A stretch of DNA of 64,000 bases, from positions 1,854,553 through 1,918,552 of the forward strand of contig OY762933.1 of NCBI GenBank assembly GCA_963666765.1. Reading direction: 5' to 3'. This document shows, one piece after another, positions 60,083-64,000 of this stretch. The position numbers and the translations under genes were made by a program. Origin of the DNA: Gammaproteobacteria bacterium. Lineage in GTDB: Bacteria; Pseudomonadota; Gammaproteobacteria; Steroidobacterales; Foliamicaceae. Under the pieces are notes generated by a model. It was given only the letters and a program-made list of their open reading frames with translations, was not told the origin of the DNA and searched no databases. Each line of letters opens with the position of its first letter. Position 1 is the first letter of the stretch.

Positions 60083-60727
60083 ATGATTACATTCGCCGAA
60101 GAGACTCTGACGCTTCTTCTCGACGACAAGACCGGCGCCTTCCTGCCGATCGGCAAGTACGCGCTGGAGCACGCCCTGGTGGGAGGCATCCTGATGGACC
60201 TGGCCTTCGCCAATCGCATCGACACCGATCCGGAGCAAATGATCGTCATCAATGCGACCCCCACGGAGAACCCCATGCTGGACCAGGTGCTCAAACGCAT
60301 CAGCGGCAGCGATCAAACCAGGGACACCGCGGCCTGGCTGGAGATCATTTCCGAGGAGCAGGGAGAGTCCATTCAGGAACAGGCCATCGAAAGCCTGATC
60401 GCGCGGGGCGTGCTGGAGCGCAAGGAGGAGAAGTTCCTCTGGGTGTTCCGTTCCCGGCGCTATCCGATGATGGACGGCGAGTTGCAGCGGGAGGCCCGGC
60501 AGCGGGTGGTAGGGGTGCTTTTCTCGGGCGACATTCCCGATCCCCGCGACATCGCCCTGATCTGCATAGCCGACGCCTGCGGCCTGCTCAAGACCGTCTT
60601 CGGCGAGAAGGAACTCGACGAGGTCTCTCCGCGCCTCGATCAACTGCGCAAGATGGACCTGATCGGCCGGGAACTGATCACCCAGTTGTCCGTCTGGCGC
60701 TGGTCCGGCACCATCACCCGCATCTAG
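60083..60727 (+). CDS. GPP34 (GOLPH3/Vps74-like) family protein
   Basis: The N-terminus MITFAEETLTLLLDDKTGAF and the helical pattern resemble bacterial GPP34 proteins, from memory. The start is the ATG at 60083 or the GTG at 60065. The TAG stop lies inside the neighbouring repeat terminus. Confidence 0.55.
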   Translation: MITFAEETLTLLLDDKTGAFLPIGKYALEHALVGGILMDLAFANRIDTDPEQMIVINATPTENPMLDQVLKRISGSDQTRDTAAWLEIISEEQGESIQEQAIESLIARGVLERKEEKFLWVFRSRRYPMMDGELQREARQRVVGVLFSGDIPDPRDIALICIADACGLLKTVFGEKELDEVSPRLDQLRKMDLIGRELITQLSVWRWSGTITRI

Positions 60728-60993
60728 TGTGCTGTCCCATAAGTTCGTTGCCTTTCAGAGCGGGCCTGAAGCGTCAATGCAAGGCGCCGTCCGCAGGGAA
60801 TACTGCACGTATTGCCCAGGGCGGCAACGCCGCAGTGGCGCTTCAGGCCCGCTCCCGAAGGGCGCGGCCCCTGTGGCCCGTGGCCGCGTTGCGCTCCTGG
60901 GCAATGGGAACCACCATTCCCGGCGGAACGCGCCTTGCCACACGCCGCAGGGGACGCGCTGAAAGGCAACGAACTTATGGGACAGCACACTAG
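60724..60993. repeat. 270-bp MITE-like element with perfect 35-bp CTAG-terminated inverted repeats and nested internal hairpins
   Basis: ctagtgtgctgtcccataagttcgttgcctttcag (60724-60758) is the exact reverse complement of 60959-60993. The internal stem agcgggcctgaagcg (60759-60773) pairs with cgcttcaggcccgct (60839-60853), and there are several longer-range pairings. The termini are less GC-rich than the surrounding sequence. Confidence 0.9.
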
Positions 60994-61000
60994 CTCGCGA

Positions 61001-61594
61001 TCAGTTCCAGGGAAGCCCGGCAAAAGCTTCCCGGCACTCCCGGTAGCGGAAGCAGCGCACCAGGTGATCGTTGATCAGGCCGCAGGCCTGCAGGTGGGAA
61101 TACACGATGGTAGAGCCCACGAACTTGAATCCCCGGGCCTTGAGATCGGCTGAAAGTCGGTCGGAAAGCTCCGAAGTGGCCGGCAGTTCATTCTGGCTGC
61201 GCCATCGGTTGACGACCGGCCTACCGTCCACAAATCCCCAGATATAGCGCGCGAAGGAGCCGAATTCCTCGCGGACCTCCAGGAAGCGGGAGGCGTTATT
61301 GACGGCGGCCGTGATCTTCTGCCGGTTACGGATGATGCCGGCGTCCGCGACCAGGGCCTCGATTTCCGCTTCGCCGAACCGCGCGACGCGAACCGGATCA
61401 AAGCCGGCGAAAGCCCGCCGATAGCCTTCCCGCTTGTGCAGCACGGTCCTCCACGACAGACCCGCCTGCGCGGATTCAAGGATCAGAAATTCGAAATGGA
61501 CGGCGTCATCGAGAACGGGCAGTCCCCATTCTTCATCGTGATAGGCCTGGTATTCGTCGCTCACGCCGAGCGACCACGGACACCGTTGGCGCAT
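61001..61594 (-). CDS. tag: DNA-3-methyladenine glycosylase I
   Basis: CPW...YHDEEWGLPVLDD, and the C-terminal zinc-ligand context HLVRCF. Confidence 0.9.
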   Translation of the reverse strand: MRQRCPWSLGVSDEYQAYHDEEWGLPVLDDAVHFEFLILESAQAGLSWRTVLHKREGYRRAFAGFDPVRVARFGEAEIEALVADAGIIRNRQKITAAVNNASRFLEVREEFGSFARYIWGFVDGRPVVNRWRSQNELPATSELSDRLSADLKARGFKFVGSTIVYSHLQACGLINDHLVRCFRYRECREAFAGLPWN

Positions 61595-61645
61595 TCAGAC
61601 GCTACGCCCCCGCCTGGCTGCCGGCGCATTCATGCCGGCCGTCCT

Positions 61646-61689
61646 GGACGATGCAGCCGGCGAGCCCGCGAGCCCGCCGGCTGTCGTCC
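61646..61689 (-). terminator. GC-rich hairpin downstream of the small peptide gene
   Basis: ggacga(tg)cagccggc pairs with gccggctgtcgtcc: a 14-bp stem with a 2-nt bulge and a 14-nt loop. There is no clear U-tract. Confidence 0.35.
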
Positions 61690-61716
61690 TGAATCAGCTA
61701 CCGAAGTAGCGGCAAT

Positions 61717-61953
61717 TTATTCTTCTTCGCCGTCTTCGTCGCCGCAGCTGCCTTCGCCGCAGCTACCGTCTTCGTCGCCGTCTTCGTCGCCGCAGCTGCC
61801 TTCGTCGTCGCCATCATCACCATGGCCGTCCATCAGTGACGGAAGCTCGGGTGCATGGGAGCCGTCAACGGCTGCAGCAGCCGGGCCGGCAACGCCGGCG
61901 GCGAGAGCTGCGCTAAGGGCAAGGGCGAGTAGTTTGCGTTCAGGACTGGTCAT
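61717..61953 (-). CDS. Small secreted acidic peptide with three (E/D)GSCG repeats
   Basis: The ATG at 61953 lies 7 nt after GGAGG. The signal peptide is MTSPERKLLALALSAALAAGVAGPAAAA. The mature part is VDGSHAPELPSLMDGHGDDGDDEGSCGDEDGDEDGSCGEGSCGDEDGEEE. The DNA shows the corresponding tandem repeats. Confidence 0.65.
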   Translation of the reverse strand: MTSPERKLLALALSAALAAGVAGPAAAAVDGSHAPELPSLMDGHGDDGDDEGSCGDEDGDEDGSCGEGSCGDEDGEEE

Positions 61954-62154
61954 AAAAATGCCTCCAGTTTGTAGCTTTGTTCCCCTGTTCAGGGACACTT
62001 AAGGCCGCATGCCCGTAAACGAACACCCGGCCGATGCGGGAATGATTCCTCCCGCTACGGAAGTCTAGCACACAGTTACTAAGCTACCGGCAACCAGACT
62101 TCTGCGGTACGCTTCGTCCGGAATGGCGCTCCGGATTCAGATGGGCTCAGGGAA

Positions 62155-62958
62155 ATGTCAGAAAAATACGCCGTAATGGGATACCCGATCGAACACAGCC
62201 GTTCGCCGGAAATACATGCCCACTTCGCCTCGCAACTGGGTTTGCAATTGGAGTACCGGCGCATTGAGGTGCGCCCGGGTTCCCTGTTGTCGGCGGTCGA
62301 AAGCTTCAGGACGGACGGCGGTCTGGGCTGCAACATCACCGTGCCGCTGAAGGAGGAGGCCGCGGAGTTGAGCGACGAGCTCGGTCCCGAAGCCAGGCAG
62401 GCCGGGGCGGTGAATACGCTGACCGCAAGGCCGGGTGGCCGATTAAGGGGGGACAACACCGACGGGCTCGGCCTGGTCCGCCAGTTGCGCACTAACCTGA
62501 GCGTAGACCTCGAAGACTACAGGGTGCTGATGATCGGCGCCGGCGGCGCCGTTCGTGGCGTGCTGCCGGCACTGCTGGCCGCGGGCGTCGGAGAGATCGT
62601 CATTGCCAACCGCACCCGGAGTCGTGCACTGGACCTGGCCCGGCGCTTTGCTTCTTTCGGAGAAATCCACGTAGTCGATCCCGGCAACAGGGAACTGCCG
62701 GGGGCGGAACTTGTAATCAATGCAAGTTCAGCGGGATTGGCCGGTCTGCCGCCCGCGCTGTCCCCGGCCGCCGCGGAGGGTGCATTGTGCCTGGACCTGG
62801 CTTACGGCCGCGCGGCCGAGCCGTTTCTGGCCTGGGCGCAAGAGGGCGCCGCCCGCGCTGCCCACGATGGTTGGGGCATGCTGGTCGAACAGGCGGCCGA
62901 GAGCTTTTCCATCTGGCACGGCAGGCGTCCGGACACAAGAGATCTGCTCGGCATGTGA
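62155..62958 (+). CDS. aroE: Shikimate dehydrogenase
   Basis: YAVMGYPIEHSRSPEIH, NITVPLKE, NTDG and MIGAGGAVRGV. Confidence 0.9.
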   Translation: MSEKYAVMGYPIEHSRSPEIHAHFASQLGLQLEYRRIEVRPGSLLSAVESFRTDGGLGCNITVPLKEEAAELSDELGPEARQAGAVNTLTARPGGRLRGDNTDGLGLVRQLRTNLSVDLEDYRVLMIGAGGAVRGVLPALLAAGVGEIVIANRTRSRALDLARRFASFGEIHVVDPGNRELPGAELVINASSAGLAGLPPALSPAAAEGALCLDLAYGRAAEPFLAWAQEGAARAAHDGWGMLVEQAAESFSIWHGRRPDTRDLLGM

Positions 62959-62990
62959 TCGCCGGCGGCCGTATTCGGCGCGCCTGCGAA

Positions 62991-64000
62991 TCAGCGCATG
63001 GTCACGAGTTCTTCGGCCGCCGTGGGATGGATGGCCACGGTGTCATCCAGGTCCGACTTACAAGCGCCCATTCGTATCGCCACTGCGAAACCCTGCAGCA
63101 TCTCGTCGGCGCCGGGGCCGGCCAGGTGGCAGCCCACCACTCTTTCCTCGGAGCCCACCGTGACGAGTTTCATGCGCGCCTTGGGCTTGTTCTCCGAGAT
63201 GCCGTAAAACAGCGGAACGAAATCGGCCCGGTAACAGCGCACTGCATCTCCGTAAGTCTCGCGTGCCTCCCGCTCGGTCAGGCCGACGGCTCCCAGCGGC
63301 GGGTGGGTAAACACCACGGTGGGGATGTTGCTGTAATCCATGCGCCGGCCAGCCATTCCGCCAAATTGGCGGTCCGCCCAGCGGCGGCCGGCGGCAATCG
63401 CCACCGGCGTGAGTTCGTGGTGCCCTGTGACGTCGCCCAGGGCAAACACGCCCTCAGCCGTGGTCTCCTGCCATTCGTCCACTTCGATGGCGCCGCGTGC
63501 GTCGCATTGCACTCCGGCAACGTCGAGGTTCAGATCCGCGCTGCGCGGACGCCTTCCCACGGCCCACACAAGGACATCGAAGGGGCCGCTGCTTTCTCCC
63601 GAAGCCGCCTTTAGACGAAGACCCTGGGAATCGCTGGAGACCGCGCCGGGGACGAACCCCTTTGCAACGCGCACGCCCGATGCGGCAAGGCCCTCCATGC
63701 AGGCCTGCTGCAGGATATCGTCGAAGCGGCGCAGCACCGAATCGCGCCTGAGGTGCAGGGTTACGGCCGTACCAAGGCCTTGCAGGATCCCGGCCAGCTC
63801 CACGGCGATATAGCCGGCGCCGACGACCGCCGCGCTTGCCGGCCGCCGCTCGAGCTCGAAGAATCCGTCGGAAGTGATTCCGAGTTCGGCCCCCGGAATC
63901 CCGGGCACGACCGGGGCGCCGCCGGTGGCGATGAGAATCCGCTCGGCGGAGTACTCCTCGCCTGCGACGCTCAGCACGTGTGGCGCCGAAAAGGCAGCAT
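62991..64000 (-). CDS. gor: Glutathione-disulfide reductase (C-terminal about 336 aa; N-terminus outside window)
   Basis: AVVGAGYIAVELAG is the second dinucleotide fold, and the C-terminus reads AIHPTAAEELVTMR. The frame is open to the window edge. Confidence 0.8.
   Translation of the reverse strand, partial: AAFSAPHVLSVAGEEYSAERILIATGGAPVVPGIPGAELGITSDGFFELERRPASAAVVGAGYIAVELAGILQGLGTAVTLHLRRDSVLRRFDDILQQACMEGLAASGVRVAKGFVPGAVSSDSQGLRLKAASGESSGPFDVLVWAVGRRPRSADLNLDVAGVQCDARGAIEVDEWQETTAEGVFALGDVTGHHELTPVAIAAGRRWADRQFGGMAGRRMDYSNIPTVVFTHPPLGAVGLTEREARETYGDAVRCYRADFVPLFYGISENKPKARMKLVTVGSEERVVGCHLAGPGADEMLQGFAVAIRMGACKSDLDDTVAIHPTAAEELVTMR

Noticed and set aside
60729-60988. Two mirrored 77-aa ORFs, both starting MLSHKFVAFQ, on opposite strands
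   Set aside because: The identical N-termini are a direct consequence of the perfect 35-bp inverted termini of the repeat element. There is no RBS and no coding-like composition.
61436-62002. A 188-aa plus-strand ORF with SSSPSSSPQLP repeats
   Set aside because: It is the antisense reading of the tandem repeats in the small Cys/acidic peptide gene. The minus-strand ORF has an RBS and a signal peptide; this one has neither.

Overview
A visibly GC-rich chromosomal segment. Gene content and order look gammaproteobacterial, though I cannot confirm taxonomy from sequence alone. All family calls were made by eye from motifs; no searches were run.

Housekeeping blocks:
- TPR-lolB, prfA and prmC
- metF-metH
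- argS plus a SPOR-domain gene
- def-fmt-rsmB plus a DUF4390-like gene
- dprA-topA-tsaC
- tag, aroE and gor

Accessory DNA sits between these blocks. The main signal is one family of Tat-signal proteins, which I believe is DUF1838-like. It occurs six times within about 36 kb. Each copy sits next to a different secreted hydrolase or oxidoreductase:
- flavin amine oxidase
- nitrilase-superfamily hydrolase
- two alpha/beta hydrolases
- two beta-lactamase-fold proteins
- GMC oxidase
- ornithine-cyclodeaminase and racemase-like enzymes

Three TonB-dependent receptors are interleaved with these genes. No regulator, TonB/ExbBD or inner-membrane importer is present in the loci. This looks like an undescribed periplasmic catabolic system built like a utilisation locus.

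Other points of interest:
- a beta-lactamase-fold paralogue whose SxxK motif reads AMTR
- a beta-lactamase/DUF3089 fusion
- a Tat-signal SAM-methyltransferase in an operon with a PQQ dehydrogenase
- a Pif1-type helicase with a C-terminal WYL domain in the position where ispE is expected
- four large intergenic inverted-repeat elements, two ending in CTAG, one splitting def-fmt
- a small secreted acidic peptide with three (E/D)GSCG repeats
- 22-bp phased direct repeats in front of an inserted AAA/DUF4143 ATPase gene

I found no rRNA, tRNA or CRISPR array. Many long ORFs in the track are antisense artefacts of the high GC content.
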